NCBI GenBank assembly: GCA_002269645.1
Contig: NIVC01002267.1
Location: 62,001-126,000, forward strand
DNA length: 64,000 nucleotides
Source of the DNA: Macrostomum lignano
Taxonomy: Eukaryota
Direction: 5' to 3'
Within the stretch, counting starts at the first letter, position 1. The number at the start of each line of letters is the position of its first letter. The position numbers and the translations under genes are program-made. The notes under the pieces are model-generated. The model saw nothing but the letters and a program-made list of their open reading frames with translations. It made no database searches and was not told the origin of the DNA. Below are positions 24,894 through 40,072 of the stretch, in pieces.

Positions 24894-27293
24894 TTTGATT
24901 GTATATATAACTACTGTGTACTGTCGTTACCATAGTAACGCCTGTTTTCCTAATGCCTATTGATGCGGACCAATGTGCAAAACTATTACTTAAGCAGAGC
25001 AACGTGCCTTTCAATTGTGTCAGTTTTTTCGTGTGATCACAGTGATCGCAGTATTCGTTTATATAAATGTCTATTTTTCTCGCGATACTTTCATCATTGT
25101 CTTCCAGAATATTTACTGTAGAGATTCGGTTTGGGCATTAGATAATCATGCTTACAGAAATTTCATGCATTCCGTTACTCGTTGTTTTTTCTCATTGGAT
25201 CGAATGGTGCTGCTGTACTCCTTTATATTTATGAGTGCTCCTACTTAAACAATACTTTATCTGTATACATTTACTCTAATCACTGTCACTACTGTTATTT
25301 CCGTGATTTGATTTTTAAATTGCCCAAACCAGTCTGTTGCAAGTGTAAAAAGTAACTGCATTTGTTGTGGTTTACTTCATTTCTGTTTGCTAAAAAGTTA
25401 TTTTGTGTTAATTTTGAAATTCGATCAATCAGTTTGCATACTACTAAGAGTAGTTCAAGTAGTCCTTTTTATTATCTTGAACTGAGATGCGATTAAGTGA
25501 GTAAAAACGCAATTGCTGTTAATAATTAAGATCATAAATCATTCCTTCATACTGTTTTCCTCAAATCACGGAATTCTTGTGCATGCTCCTTTACGAGCTG
25601 CAATTGACAATAATAATTTTTTTGTCTTCCAAATAAAGTATCATTCAATATTTAATAGGTTTATTCATACATATATTTTAGAAAATTAGCTAGCAAGCCG
25701 AAATAAAATATTTTAATCTCGCTGTGGGTTTCTTTATTTACACATAAAGCTACGTGTTAGCGTGTTTATTTGTTGGTCCCGAAAAATTTTGTCGGGGCGT
25801 AGGAACGTTTCAAAATGGTGCCGGTGGAAGTCTAAGGCACATTAAAGACCGAGTCTGAGTATTGAATTCAGGGGCGTCGTCTAGGAGGGATATGTCCCCC
25901 ACCTCCAGTAAAAGCTATTGGGGGACATGCCTATGCTTTGTCCCGCCCAACTCACTTGTGACTCGTGAAAATTAATTATTATTCTTCAGGGCGGCGCCAA
26001 AATATAGCGCCTTCTCAGTGCCAAAATGAGTGCTGTGGCGCTAAAATGAGTGCCTGCGGCGCCAAAATGAGCACTGACAACACCGATTTCCAAAATTATG
26101 CCCATGTAGAAAATTAGTCATGTGCATTTACAATTGATTTACTGTACAATACATGTAAATTCTTGGTTTGTCCCCCATCATAAAATCCATGGCGGCGCTT
26201 CTGAATGAAAAATACAATAAACGTATTGGATTCTTTTAATAAATCGTCTTCTAAATAGGTGGAACTTGATTACTTGATCTAGAATTAGGGGCGACAAACG
26301 CTGCGCCTGTAAAATCCAATTTCCAAATAAGGAAACCCGTAAAAGGTTAAGCTGTATTGACAATTGACATAAAGGAAAACAGAACATAAGCATATTTTGT
26401 AGTTTATTTTTCGTTTGAACTTTCTAATATCGTTTGGCTAAAGTATAAAATCTTTTTAGTATTTTGTTGTAAATACCAAGTCCCGTTTTAAAACATTTCC
26501 CACCAAAGCATTTTCTTAGAAATCTTGTCCTGTCTGACGAGACTGACGCTTAAAAATTTATTTGGCTTTTTGATTTGTGCCCTGATTAATCGAATCATAG
26601 GTTAATCTGTAGAGGTAACGTAATAAACTTTTGACAAAACACAACATATGTTTAGCCTAGCTACAAAAATTTTCTCAGCAATTGTTAGACGCCAGGATAT
26701 GACTTATTACAAAAAGCAAAAGCATTGAGTAATAAGTAATTGAATGCCTATAAAGCTAAAGAAGTCCTTAGAAAGGAAAACAATGGTATGCATGGCATAT
26801 AGTTGGTGAGCACAATGTGCAATACTATAGGTGTACAAATAAAAAACTCCAGTATTCATTCCAGTATGCATTCAACATGATCCTGAATATGGGCATATGG
26901 CTTGGGTTATGAGCCTTGACATCTTAGTGTTAGCAATAGCAATACCCCTGGCCCTCCCCAAGCGTTGATATCTTAGCGATTACCCTAAGCGCCTATGGAC
27001 CATATAGGCGCTTTGGCAAATCGGTTTTTACTGATGTTGAACTGATTAAACTGGGCTGTAACCGGGCCGAGGGCTACTGCCTGCCTGCCCCCAACCTGTT
27101 CAGGATGTCCTGCTGCTCACCTTGCAGGGTCCATTCAGATGGGGTCAAGCCTGAACCCATTGATATATGGACTGCCTGCTGTGTGATGCTGGGGCACCTA
27201 ACATTGACTTGACAACGGAGTGGACTTTGTTTGCTCTTGCCTCTTAGGCTTTGTGGCACACCATCTGACTGATGCCATGACGTGCCCTGCTGG

Positions 27294-28640
27294 CAGTGTT
27301 GGGCACTTCCGTTACCGAGTAACTTGTAAATGGTAACGCAAGTTACTTTTTCGTAAAGCGTTCCTTACGCAAGTTACTTTCCTATTTTGGTAACGGAGTA
27401 ACGGTAAGTTACTCAAATTTCGGAAGTCCGTTACAGTTACTTTGCAACAATCGCAATATTTAAATTTAAAACTGATATGCTTAGCTATTACGCCAGTTGT
27501 CACATTTTTAGCATTTTTCATTCCTAAATTCAAAACTAAGTGAATAATATCATACGGTATTACGCTGTAATTAATAAAGAAATACTTGAAACATGTTTTT
27601 ACTTTGTTATTTTCGGTAAAATATTTTTGCTTTTCGTTTTTAAGTTAATAAAAATATTTTGTTTAGTTCTTAGAAACAAACAACCAAAGAAAGAAATTCA
27701 TCTGTAGTCTCCACAAATCCACTCAGTGATCGACGTAGCCAGGAATTTTAATTGGGGGGGGGGGGCGGGTTGGCCTGGCTGGCCATGCCTCATGCCATTG
27801 CCACTTTTAGCGCCGCAGGCACTCATTTTAGCGCCGCAAGCACTCATTTAAGCGCCGCAGGCACTCATTTAAGCGCCGCAGGCACTCATTTAAGCGCCGC
27901 AGGCACTCATTTAAGCGCCGCAGGCACTCATTTAAGCGCCGCAGGCACCCATTTAAGCGCCGCAGGCACTCATTTAAGCGCCGCAGGCACTCAATCGCCT
28001 CATGGTTTTTGGTACCCGCCACGCCCAACCCCACCCTGGGGTGTCTTGCAGGTGGGGTGAAATTGCCGCCCCAACGATTGTTAAGGCGGCCTCCCTGGCT
28101 ACACCACTAAAGTCCACTGGCACTGCACTGCACAATTTAATATTAATGATTATAATTGAAAATAAATAAAAAGACTAGTAAAGCAGACTGTAGAGTGGAG
28201 TAAAGCCAGGTACTTATTACGAGCGATGTATTATCAAGGACAACTGAAGTTACGTTAAGTTGTCCTTGTGTATTATAACTTATAATGTTATTAAAAATTA
28301 AATTGCGTTTTGCCTTTAACGTTTCTGACCTTCAGCTTCTCTTCTTTTTACGGAAAGGGCCTAAAGTGATTAAAATTTAATACAGTTACTGAAATTAATG
28401 TTGTTGTATTCTTCCTCCTGGCTTTCGCGATCCTTTGTGCTGTTCCATCACATTTGCAATGTTAAAAAAGCAGAAAATTTTGTTAATAACATAGGTAACG
28501 GAAGTAAGTAACGGAAGTAACTTAAAAGTTACCGGGTTTTTGTTCAAAGTTACTAGGCTAACGTAAGTTACTTTTTGAAAAGTGGTAACTTAAGTTACAG
28601 TAACGCAAGTTACTTTTTTTGAGTAACTTGCCCAACACTG
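27294..28640. mobile_element. Non-autonomous hAT DNA transposon with a perfect 8-bp TSD
   Basis: TIRs CAGTGTTGGGCA and TGCCCAACACTG. TSD CCTGCTGG at 27286-27293 and 28641-28648. Dense GTAAC/GTTAC subterminal motifs at both ends; no transposase ORF. Confidence 0.92.
27724..28110. mobile_element. hAT-type MITE nested inside the 27294-28640 element, with an internal 21-bp tandem repeat
   Basis: Ends CAGTGATCGACGTAGCCAGG and CCTGGCTACACCACTAA. Flanks AATCCACT and AGTCCACT (7/8 match). About 9 copies of TTTAAGCGCCGCAGGCACTCA; a reverse-oriented relative of this unit is at ~26015-26075. Confidence 0.75.
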
Positions 28641-30729
28641 CCTGCTGGCCTGCTTTAACTGACTCTGCATGTGGGGTTGCGTATTTGTTGTTGTTGTTGT
28701 TGTTGAACTAATGTTAAAAATAAAGTGTATATAGTAAGAGTGGGATAGCTATACATTAGACTAGATGACAAGTAGAATCGAATGGGGTGGCTTACCAAGG
28801 GGTAAGAGATAAGTGAGTCATCATATGGAATTGGAATCATGCTATTTGCTTAGTTTGTTATGTACATTAGTATACACATTTTAACATCAATAAAGAAACT
28901 AATTGGCCAAAGTTATTGATATTTATCATATTGGAGCGCTTGTATGCATAGTAGCCATATTGCTATTTACCCAATGTTTAAATTGCATGCATGGGCATGG
29001 CAGCTATCTATCTATTTTAATTGTGTGCATAGTAGCTATCCACCTAGTGTTTTAATTGCTTGCATGGTAGATAGGCAATATATACTTAGCAACATTGAAA
29101 AGTCGCCACTCTATGCACCAATGAGCAATTTCTCTCAAACTATCCTGAAATAAAAAGATACAAAAAGCTGATCAGGGTAGCTTTAATCCATCCAACCCAC
29201 ACACTGCCCCTCTCACTTCATTTTTCAACTCAAATGTGCCACAGCGTAGCTAAGTTGCGTCACTCACAAAGATTAAGAGACTTTACTTGCACTCTCAAAA
29301 GTGGCAACTACAGATAGAATTTTCTGTGATGGCAACTTTTCAATATTGCTGAGTATATCAGGCACACTATAAATACTAAATCCAAATACCAAATTAAACC
29401 CTTTCCTTTCCCTCAAATCTACACATTGCTACTCACAAAACTTATTTAATAATTTATTATTTGTTTTATCTTATGTACAATTTAATCTTAATTTATAGCT
29501 ATTTTAGTTAATTCAAATATTAATTGTCAATAATTTGAATAGTAAGCCTATATGCCTATGATATACTATATAATAAGTTAAAGATGCAATTGCTGTGCAC
29601 CTAATTTAAATACTGGGTAGACAGCTACTATGCACACAAGCTCTTTATTATCATATAGGCTTTAAAATGTTAACAATTCCCATATAAGCAATATGCCTTG
29701 ATATCTTAAGGCCTAGCAATTCTCCTTACTAGACTTAATAATTTAAATTTATCCATTCTTCCATAAGAAAAGTGGGAGAAAATAGGCCCTACCAATGTTT
29801 CATTTCTTATTAAATCTTGGCATTTCTCCTTGTTATAAGCCTTGACATTTAAGTAAATCTCCTTAACCTTAGAAATCATAATATAGTTTCAGTTTTAACT
29901 TTTATATGATGCTTCATTTGTCTCATATGCTGCTTCTTATATGTTATACTTTTATGTAATGCTTCTTTTATTTTTATATGAACTCTTCTTAAGTTCTCCT
30001 AAAGCTGAAATTAAAAAAAACTTTTAATAATAAAAAATTCCACTCTAGAAAAACCCATATTGTTATATTAGTAGCTTAGTCTATTCATATCTAAGCTATC
30101 TCTTATCCAATTGATGACATGAATTGTAGCACTTAGGCCTTATATTTCAACTCAAATCAAGTTGGTTAAAATAAAAGCTACATAAGCAATTATGATATAA
30201 TCAATTTCTTAGTTAGGCCTAGTTAGTACCAGTCTGCCATATAACCCTCCCAACACTAATGGCATACTAGGTGTGCTATGAGTCTCATTTAGGGCCTAAC
30301 TATATACTAAGAATGTGTCTATGGCCTATATGGTTTAGCATAAATATGACTTTTATTTCCCCAGAAGTCATAGACGGCATGCTGTGTATGCCATATTATT
30401 TTTTCATATTTTCAACTATGACTGCAAGTATAGGATAGATAGCAAAAACCTTAAAAACTTTAAAAAATGATAACAATAAGACAAAAAACTTCAAGGTAAA
30501 CAATATTTAATGCACCAATGAGGCATTTAAGCAGAGCATTTTGAATTTCATATTCTGAATGTAATTAGAATAAATTTTAATTACATTATTAGAATAGACC
30601 TTTATTACATTTACATTATAATATTACATTATTATTACATCGGAATATACCACCAGTATAACTATTGTACTATTGCAGTATAGCCCCCCTACCAATTCTG
30701 AAAGCATTGGACAGCATATAGCCCAGGCT

Positions 30730-31330
30730 CTCCTAGGCAACCAATGTATACAAATACCACATATATATACAACCTTGGGAATTACTTAGTGTACTGCATT
30801 CTAGCAGAAACTATGCCAGATGGAGCAATGTGAACCAGCTATCACAGAAGACCTTTTACCCCAGGTCTAGCAAATTTTTACTCAATTCAATGATAATCTT
30901 CTTGCTCATTGACAAATTCTCACAGTTTAATCCAGCTCCAAACTTGTGGTTATCCTACTTAACAGCATGTACATAAAAGTTCTATACGAGCGTAGAAAAC
31001 CTATCAAAGCTTTTGTCAAGCAGTATACCTTGATGCCAAATCTGGTATACTTGTTGGGCATGAACTGTGCATACCCTTGTATATGACCAGTATTTCATTT
31101 GGGCTTCTTCACAAGACCCATGTACATAACAATTGCTAGACTTCTTTACCTTATTGTCAGTACACAGTCTCCAAGTTGATAGGCAAATTGGGAAAAGCTC
31201 CATCCTGATCTTTAGCTATGAAATGTTGAAGCTCCATGCCAGCTTGGGCATTGGTCCAAATGCAAATGGCAGACACCAGATCAGCAGTAAGAAAGTGCTG
31301 CAGATATAATTGCACTTAGGCCATTCTACA
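30730..31330 (-). pseudogene. Highly decayed LINE reverse-transcriptase remnant
   Basis: Minus-strand fragments in the expected RT order: FP..WR..KK, GILLD-(K)xFDR, SWIK and PQG-like. They are interrupted by stops and frameshifts. Confidence 0.4.
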
Positions 31331-33532
31331 TTCAAGAGCTTGTACTTGAATGTCTAGGTTCAGGCCAGGCACAGCAAGGAATTCAAGCAGATTGCCAAGA
31401 TGCAAATTTTTACCATCTTGAATTGCTTTCCATTCATTCTCATTCGAAAAATTGACTCCATGCTCAGCTATTTTGGCATTACTCTCACCCTCTTACTCTC
31501 ATTCCTTGTCTAGCAAATCTCCATAGACTGTCACATATTTGCTGTTGGTGCCATTGCTGCTAAAAACAAGGGAACCTTCCATAATTGCATTTGTGGCCTT
31601 GTCAATGTTGTTAGCTATTTTGAGTCTTGCATAAGTTGAATTAAATTATACAGTAAAGTTTGACAAGTTTGTGGTATCAAGAAAAATTTACTGTTTTTAC
31701 CATAGACAGTTTTTAATAAACTGTAGTATCAATCAAGCCTACATTTTAGGACAGTTGGATTGGAACTTAATAGTTAAGGAAGCCAGTCAGTAGTCTATGG
31801 GAATTTCTTGAGCCATAAAGGTGTAAATTGACACAGTGCTCTATGGTAGCAGGAAAGAGATTAAAAACCCCATACCATGCATGGCATGCCATCTATCAAT
31901 AATGACTGTGTGCAAAAAAGCTCAGTGTGCTACTAGATCACAATCTAAGTCTTATGCCATGCTTCCATATTTTATATTCTAATTTATTTCAATAAATTTC
32001 AATGAGTTAATTTATTTCAATAAATTAGAAAATTATAAATTGTTGCAATTTTTATCAGTAGGACCACTCAGGCCAGGATTATATAGGGCCTATTTAATGC
32101 TACCAGGATGCTACTAGAAAATTGCTAAAATTAATATTAATAAGACAATAGGATTTCTTGCAACTTTGGTGGCATATCAATAGGATTTAGAAAGGGAAAG
32201 CCAAAAGGCCTAGTACAACTTGGTGGCATTTAGTGAGATAATTTCAAGACAGAAATAACCTGTGACAATTTTGGTATTAGCAGTTGGAATTTTAATAGAG
32301 AGAAGTTAGCCCTACAACAACTTTGGTGGCAGCTTATATGATATTTTAAAAGACAAAGGAAAACACCCTGTCATAGCTGGTATAGCATCAGTAGAACTTA
32401 TTATATATCAGAAAAGAAAGATGCCTATCACACATTATTTAAAAAAATTGAAAGGATATACTATATCAGTTATTACTTCTGACTTTTGTGCCATTTGTGC
32501 ACTGTTTCTGTGCCTTAAACCATAAAACTACACAAAACATATATAGGAATTAAACAATTAAAAATCCAAAAAAAGTTTAACAAATAATTATACATTTTAT
32601 ATAACAAAGTTATAAAAAATGTATGTACCATGGACCCTTTATAGTGCAAATTAATTAGTAAATAATATATTTTATTAATATAATTTTAAACCTAAAAAAA
32701 TATTTTTATTGAATATGCATACACATGTACTAGTTCTCATTATCAATAAATAAGCTACTTAAACTTTTTGAACTACTTGACTTAACTAAACTACATAAAT
32801 ATCAAGATATATGATAAACTTTTAGATTTTTATTATTCAAAAAAATTGGGTTAAGTACTCAATTTTAAACTAGCAAGTCAGGTACTTATAGGGTATCTAT
32901 AATAAATATTCCTAGATTAAGAGTAGGCTGCTTAGTGGTTTCTTGTGAGCTTATGCCAAAAACTTAGGCAGCATATCTAGAAGTAAGCAATTAGCTAAAT
33001 AAGTTTTAGCACCTAATTTGCCAATGATTATCTGTTCAATCACAAACTGAAAATGTGTCATGCAAACTGCAATGAGTAGTACAGGATCACATAGTAGTAT
33101 ATCAATATAAACTATAGCCATTTATTAGTCTAAATCACATGACTCAACAAGTTGCATTTTTTCCTATTTTTTTCATTTGAAGTATCCATACATTTATAAT
33201 TATTGAAATTCTTAGGAATTTAATATTGCTATCAGTTCAAAAATTTGAGTAATCTGTAAGCATGGAGTCTGCAGGCTTTAGATATTGGTATTTTATGAAA
33301 ATTTGAACCCTAGATACCAAATGGCAACTGTGCTTTTGACACTTTAGGGAAACTCAAAACTCAGTTGAACCCTATTCTATACAGGTCTTGCATATTTGAT
33401 TATTGTCTTCAATCATTGACACTGCCACCTGTCTCTCATGCATGCTTCATTCTTGCCATCTTATGCGGGAGAAATTTTAAATTAGCCAATAACGAAACCA
33501 ACTGGTCTTCAGTTATCGCAACAGAACAAGCC

Positions 33533-34883
33533 ATGTCTAGTCTCTGTCCGTCAGGCATTGACAATGACAACGAAATTGATGGCACATTTGCTGCGCTTAA
33601 TTCCGAACTGTTGAATGGAGAATTGACAGACGGCAGTGCAGCAGCGGCAGTGGTGGCAGCTGCAACAGCTTCTAGCAGTTGCAACGTGTGCCAGATGGTT
33701 GTAACGGGCGGTCGGCGCAACTTTGAGCGGCACATGCGCGAGCACAACCAGCACTTTCTGGCGGCCATCACTGCGGCATTGAACCAGTCAGCTGAGGTGG
33801 CCTTGGCTGCTGCAGCATCGGCCACCACCACTGCTTCGGCTTCTAGTGCTGCTCCTGAAGCCTCTTGCTCTACTGCTGTTGACAAGGATGTTGAAGCGGA
33901 CGCAACGGGTTTAAGCTCTAGCGATACTGTGGATTTAGAATTGCCGCCTGCTGAAGCTTCAAATACGAATGGAAATGCCTTCTATTGTTGCGGCTATTGT
34001 GAGAAACGATTTCGGTAAGCGCATTTAGCTTGTTAGAAAACCTTTAGGCTTAGTTAAATTCCTTGGTTGCATTCTGCAATGCTCTCAGCCAACCCTACCC
34101 CCAATGTACACTAGCTCTCAGCCAACCCCTACCCCCAATTTACACTAGCTCTCAGCCAACCCCTACCCCCAATGTACACTAGCTCTCAGCCAACCCCTAC
34201 CCCTAATGTACACTATCTCTCAGCCAACCCCTACCCCCAATGTACACTAGCTCTCAGCCAACCCCTACCCCCAATGTACACTAGCTCTCAGCCAACCCCT
34301 ACCCCCAATGTACACTAGCTCTCAGCCAACCCCTACCCCCAATGTACACTAGCTCTCAGCCAACCCCTACCCCCAATATACGCTTGCTCACAGCCAACTC
34401 CTACCTCCAATGTACACTACCTTCTAGCAAACTCCTACCCCCAATGTACACTAGCTTCTAACCAACCCCTACCCCCAATGTACACTAGCTCTCAGCCAAC
34501 CCGTACACCAATGTACACTAGCTTCCAGCCAACCGCCGTCCACTAAACTCAGATTCCCAGCTGCGCTGCGGCAGCACGAGCGCGTCCACCAGCTGGACCG
34601 GCCGTTCAACTGCGCTGACTGCGGCAAAGGTTTCGTGCAGAAGACGCACCTGATTCGGCACCGGCTTATTCATACAGGCGAAAAACCATTTCGTTGCTCT
34701 GAATGCGGCAAAAGTTTCAACCAATCGAACAATCTCAATCAGCACCTGATTACGCATCGAGGCGTGAGGGAATTTCCCTGTCGAGTGTGCGCAAAATTAT
34801 TTACTCTGGCTGGCAACAGAAAGAAACACGAAGCTCGCTGCCATAAATTCTATTGCGACGACAATCCAGAGAGAAAGTGTTGA
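33533..34883 (+). CDS. C2H2 zinc-finger protein (exons 33533-34014, 34553-34883)
   Basis: The phase-2 junction TTTCG|gtaagc...aaactcag|A joins CGYCEKRFR to FPAALRQHERVH. Further fingers CADCGKGFVQKTHLIRHRLIH, TGEKPF linker, CSECGKSFNQSNNLNQHLITH and CRVCAKLF..HEARCH follow. An isolated N-terminal finger reads CNVC...HMREH. The start codon is uncertain. Confidence 0.88.
34060..34520. repeat. 34-bp minisatellite AATGTACACTAGCTCTCAGCCAACCCCTACCCCC filling the zinc-finger intron
   Basis: About 13 copies; the same family recurs at 36740-37020. Confidence 0.95.
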
Positions 34884-35129
34884 GAAAAGCATGCATAATT
34901 GCTATTTTGGAAGCCAAAGGCTTTAGAATGGCGATTTTTCTTACTTGAAGTAGTACTACTCAATATTATGAGCCAATTAAAATCAAATCAGCTTGCCTCA
35001 AATCAAATTTTAAGTTCCATAGTTGCAAGTTAAAATCTAAGAATCTCTGTCTGAAACAAAAACTCCTTTCCTGAATACATAGATTCTCATCCTGAATACG
35101 TCGAGTTCCCCGTTCTATCCCATTCTGCG

Positions 35130-35752
35130 CCTAAGATCCCCATTCTATGTCTAAATATCCCCATTCTATACATAAAGATCCTCATTTTATACATAAAGAT
35201 CCCCATTCTATACATAAAGACCCTCATTTTATACATAAAGATCCCCATTCTATGTCTAAATATCCCGATTCCGTACATAAAGATCCCCATTCTATACATA
35301 AAGATCCCCATTCTATACATAAAGATCCCCATTCTATACATAAAGATCCCCATTCTATACATAAAGATCCCCATTCTATACATAAAGATCCCCATTCTAT
35401 ACATAAAGATCCTCATTTTATACATAAAGATCCCCATTCTATACATACAGGTTTCCATTCTATACATAGAGATCCTCATTCTATGCATAAAGATCTCCAT
35501 TTATACATAAAGATCCCCATTCTATACATAAAGATCCTCATTCCATACATAAAGATCCTCATTTTATACATAAAGATCTCCATTCTATACATAAAGATCC
35601 TCATTCCATACATAAAGATCCTCATTCCATACATAAAGATCCTCATTTTATACATAAAGATCCCCATTTTATACATAGAGATCCCCATTCTACACATAGA
35701 GATCCCCATTCTATACATAGAGATCCCCATTCTATACATAGAGATCCTCATC
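35130..35752. repeat. 21-bp minisatellite CATAAAGATCCCCATTCTATA
   Basis: About 29 copies; it explains ORFs 35087-35758. Confidence 0.95.
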
Positions 35753-36739
35753 GCTTAAAAACGGAGGGGAATAAACTCTATCCAGGTTAAAAATAAAAAA
35801 AATTAGAGTTAATAACCAATCCCACAGATTAAGCTGGTAAAGAATTGTTTTGATAATCCGAAAACAAACTTGAAACGTTTCGCAAATTCGTGCCAAGAAC
35901 TACTGACAAAATTTCAAATGAAGCTCAGAGCCCTGGCCGCAGCTTGCCAGATTTTTGTTTGTTTTTTATGCGCGCCTATTCTTATTGGCTGGCTCGTGAA
36001 CTTTTTTGTTTACTTAAACCGTTGCGTTATTGACTTCCAAGTGTGCTGCTACAGGTTTTCTGCAGTGGGATGTCTTTTACTCTTGCTTGCTATATTTATT
36101 TATTTATTTAAGCTTTCTTTCTTTCAACTGTTTTTGAAGTATCCACATTAAATTGTTTTTTTTTCTCATTGTTTTGTGCCATTATATCTATATATTCTCA
36201 ATTTGTTCATTCCAGCAGAGTCGTGCAGTGGTATTCTATTTTAAATAATGTACTGTTATTTGCTGGTACAAACGCGTCTTCCATTAATTAAATTCCAGGA
36301 AAGGCTGTTTTGATAATTTTGTAAAAAAAATTGACGTTTCCTTATGGCGTACTACTTGCTCTCTAGCGGATTACCAGTAGTCGGAGCAGTGTTTTGTGGT
36401 CCTGTTTAATACAAGTATCGAATAGTTTGCTAATAGTATCGGACTTATTTATTAAGATTGTACGTAATATCAAAAATTATGAAACTTGTCACTACAAATT
36501 GTAGTTTTATTACTAACAGTCAAATTTGTTTTGCGAATTTGTTCGTACTGATTTGAGTCAATTTTCAATAACCCAATATTTTTGTTTTTTAACCGTTTTA
36601 GAATTTTCTCATTATTGTCTTCCAAGTCTGGGGTTTCCGAAAAATAGTGGACTAGGACTGCTTTCAACTTTTACGCTTGTTAACTTGTAGAGTCTGACCG
36701 TATGCTGCTAAAACTTTTATAATAACAGAGTCTCAATCA

Positions 36740-37020
36740 TCCCTACCCCCCAGTGTACACTAGCTCTCAGCCAAACCCTACCCCCAGTGTACACTAGCTC
36801 CCAACCAACCCCTGCCCCCAATGTACGCTCGTACAGTAGCTCTCAGTTAACTCCTACCCCCAATGTACACTAGCTTTTAACCAACTCCTACCCCCAATGT
36901 ACACTAGCTCTCAGCCAACTCCTACCCCCAATGTACACTAGCTTTTAACCAACTCCTACCCCCAATGTACACTAGCTCTCAGCCAACTCCTACCCCCAAT
37001 GTACACAATGTACATTAGCT
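36740..37020. repeat. Second array of the 34-bp TGTACACTAGC/CCTACCCCC minisatellite
   Basis: About 8 copies of the same unit as 34060-34520. Confidence 0.9.
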
Positions 37021-38032
37021 TTAACTTCATTCCCACGACCCGATCCTCAAGAAGCGATGCTTGGACCCACTTTTGGACAAACGTGTTCAGTACGTACGTA
37101 TACGGTATTCTCTATTAACGCTGAACTTCGCCCTGATAACATTCATTAACGCCTGCACGATTTCATGTAGCTATATTTCATTTCTTAGTTGTGTCATGAC
37201 TTGTTTTACAAAATAATATCGACTTTGATTGGCTGTTAGTGTGTCAAAAAAGTCTAAAACCTTGCCTTTTGAATAATGTCCAAGATTTTTTTACAGTTTA
37301 ATAGTTACTCTATTTGAATGTTTTTTGCCAAATATTACCTGCTGAACTAAAAGAAGAATATGAAGCGATAGCTTATCCACCCATGTCTGTATTTTTAATA
37401 ATGTTTCAATGTTTCCATTTATATTTTCTTGTTGCGTCTAAGACTTATGGTAAGACAGATTTAAGAAAGTTATAGTGTTGTATATTATAGTTTAAAGACA
37501 CTTTGTAGTCTTACTGTCCTTCTTTCATTACCTGACTACTGCTTACTTTATTATACGAGTAATAAATCAAACAAACTTTGTCGTACAGTTTTTAGTCTCT
37601 TTTGATTGCCCCGATCAAAGATATTTAACAATACGCGAATTAGTGTAATTTCAACAAGCTTTCTAGGCCTCCGTTTGTTTTGGAGAGCCGACGAAAAAAG
37701 AAGAAAAAATAGAAATGGAAGGCCACGGAGGCTTTTGCTTGTCTGTTAAAAGATAAACAATTGTCCCGTGGTTGTTGCTGCAGCACACTTGTCTTTGTTG
37801 TTTATTATTAATTTTTTTTGAATAAGAAAAGGCTTTTTTTGAAAGGCAGTGTTTTAATGTATTTTATTGTAGTAGGCTTTTAGAATGCCCGCGTGTAACG
37901 CAGTTTAATATAGTTATTTAGTAGAGTTAGCTTGGGCAGTGACTAGGGGCTTGGCTCAAGTGATTTTGTTAGCTTAGTCTTTGTTTTTGCAAGTCTTTAT
38001 TTTATCAGTTCCTTGGCGGCGTCGGCTTTGGC

Positions 38033-39478
<1,446 letters not shown>

Positions 39479-39627
39479 TGTTTCTGCTTTGAAATGGTAG
39501 AAAAGCTTTTGTCTGCCGGTGATTCGCTTTAACGGAAGCGGGATTGAGAGGTTGAATGAAAAGTGGAGCGGTACCGGGCTCTGTTAATATAGCCTGGGGC
39601 TTGGGAGACGAAAAAGGGGTGGGATGC

Positions 39628-39641
39628 GTTGCCATGGAAAC
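39628..39641. promoter_or_regulatory. RFX X-box GTTGCCATGGAAAC upstream of alpha-tubulin
   Basis: Canonical X-box ~150 bp upstream of the ATG, next to a TATA-like TATATTAA (minus strand, ~39585). Confidence 0.75.
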
Positions 39642-39706
39642 CTGCGCGCGTGGCGGCTGGTCGCTTGAGGAGACTGTAGGCAGGGGGGGCAAGATGAGGC
39701 GTTCCG

Positions 39707-39721
39707 GTTGCCATGGGATAT
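39707..39721. promoter_or_regulatory. Second, imperfect X-box GTTGCCATGGGATAT
   Basis: Perfect GTTGCC half-site plus a degenerate second half, ~80 bp from the first box. Confidence 0.5.
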
Positions 39722-40057
39722 CCTAGCTCTGAGGAGGAGGGCAGAATTGTCCCCATCCATTCATCCTATATGCAGCTAAGCAAACTCTATGTCTGGTAGC
39801 TTATCTCATCATTTCCATTGCATCGGTTGGGGTGATGGGTGAGCCCTGTGGTAGAGGGGGGCTGATGCAAATAAAACTGCTTCTCAAACTCATTCCTCTC
39901 CACCACCCTCCCCAATTTACGTGGCTTTGTTTCTTACATTCATTTTCACCTGCCCATCCGTCCGTCCCACTGAATTTTGTATCAGTTGCTTTATATTACA
40001 TACCTGCCTGTCTGTCTTGCCTAGCCTGGCTAGATGATGCTACACGGTTTGGAATGT

Positions 40058-40072
40058 GTTGTCACTAGCAAC
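40058..40072. promoter_or_regulatory. Third X-box-like site GTTGTCACTAGCAAC in the tubulin/NDR intergenic region
   Basis: Fits GTTNYY-N3-RGYAAC. Confidence 0.5.

Noticed and set aside
25869-27013. hAT-like end CAGGGGCGTCGTCTAGG and the AAGCGCCTAT/ATAGGCGCTT palindrome near 26986-27013 as one element
   Set aside because: No matching TIR pair or TSD could be established.
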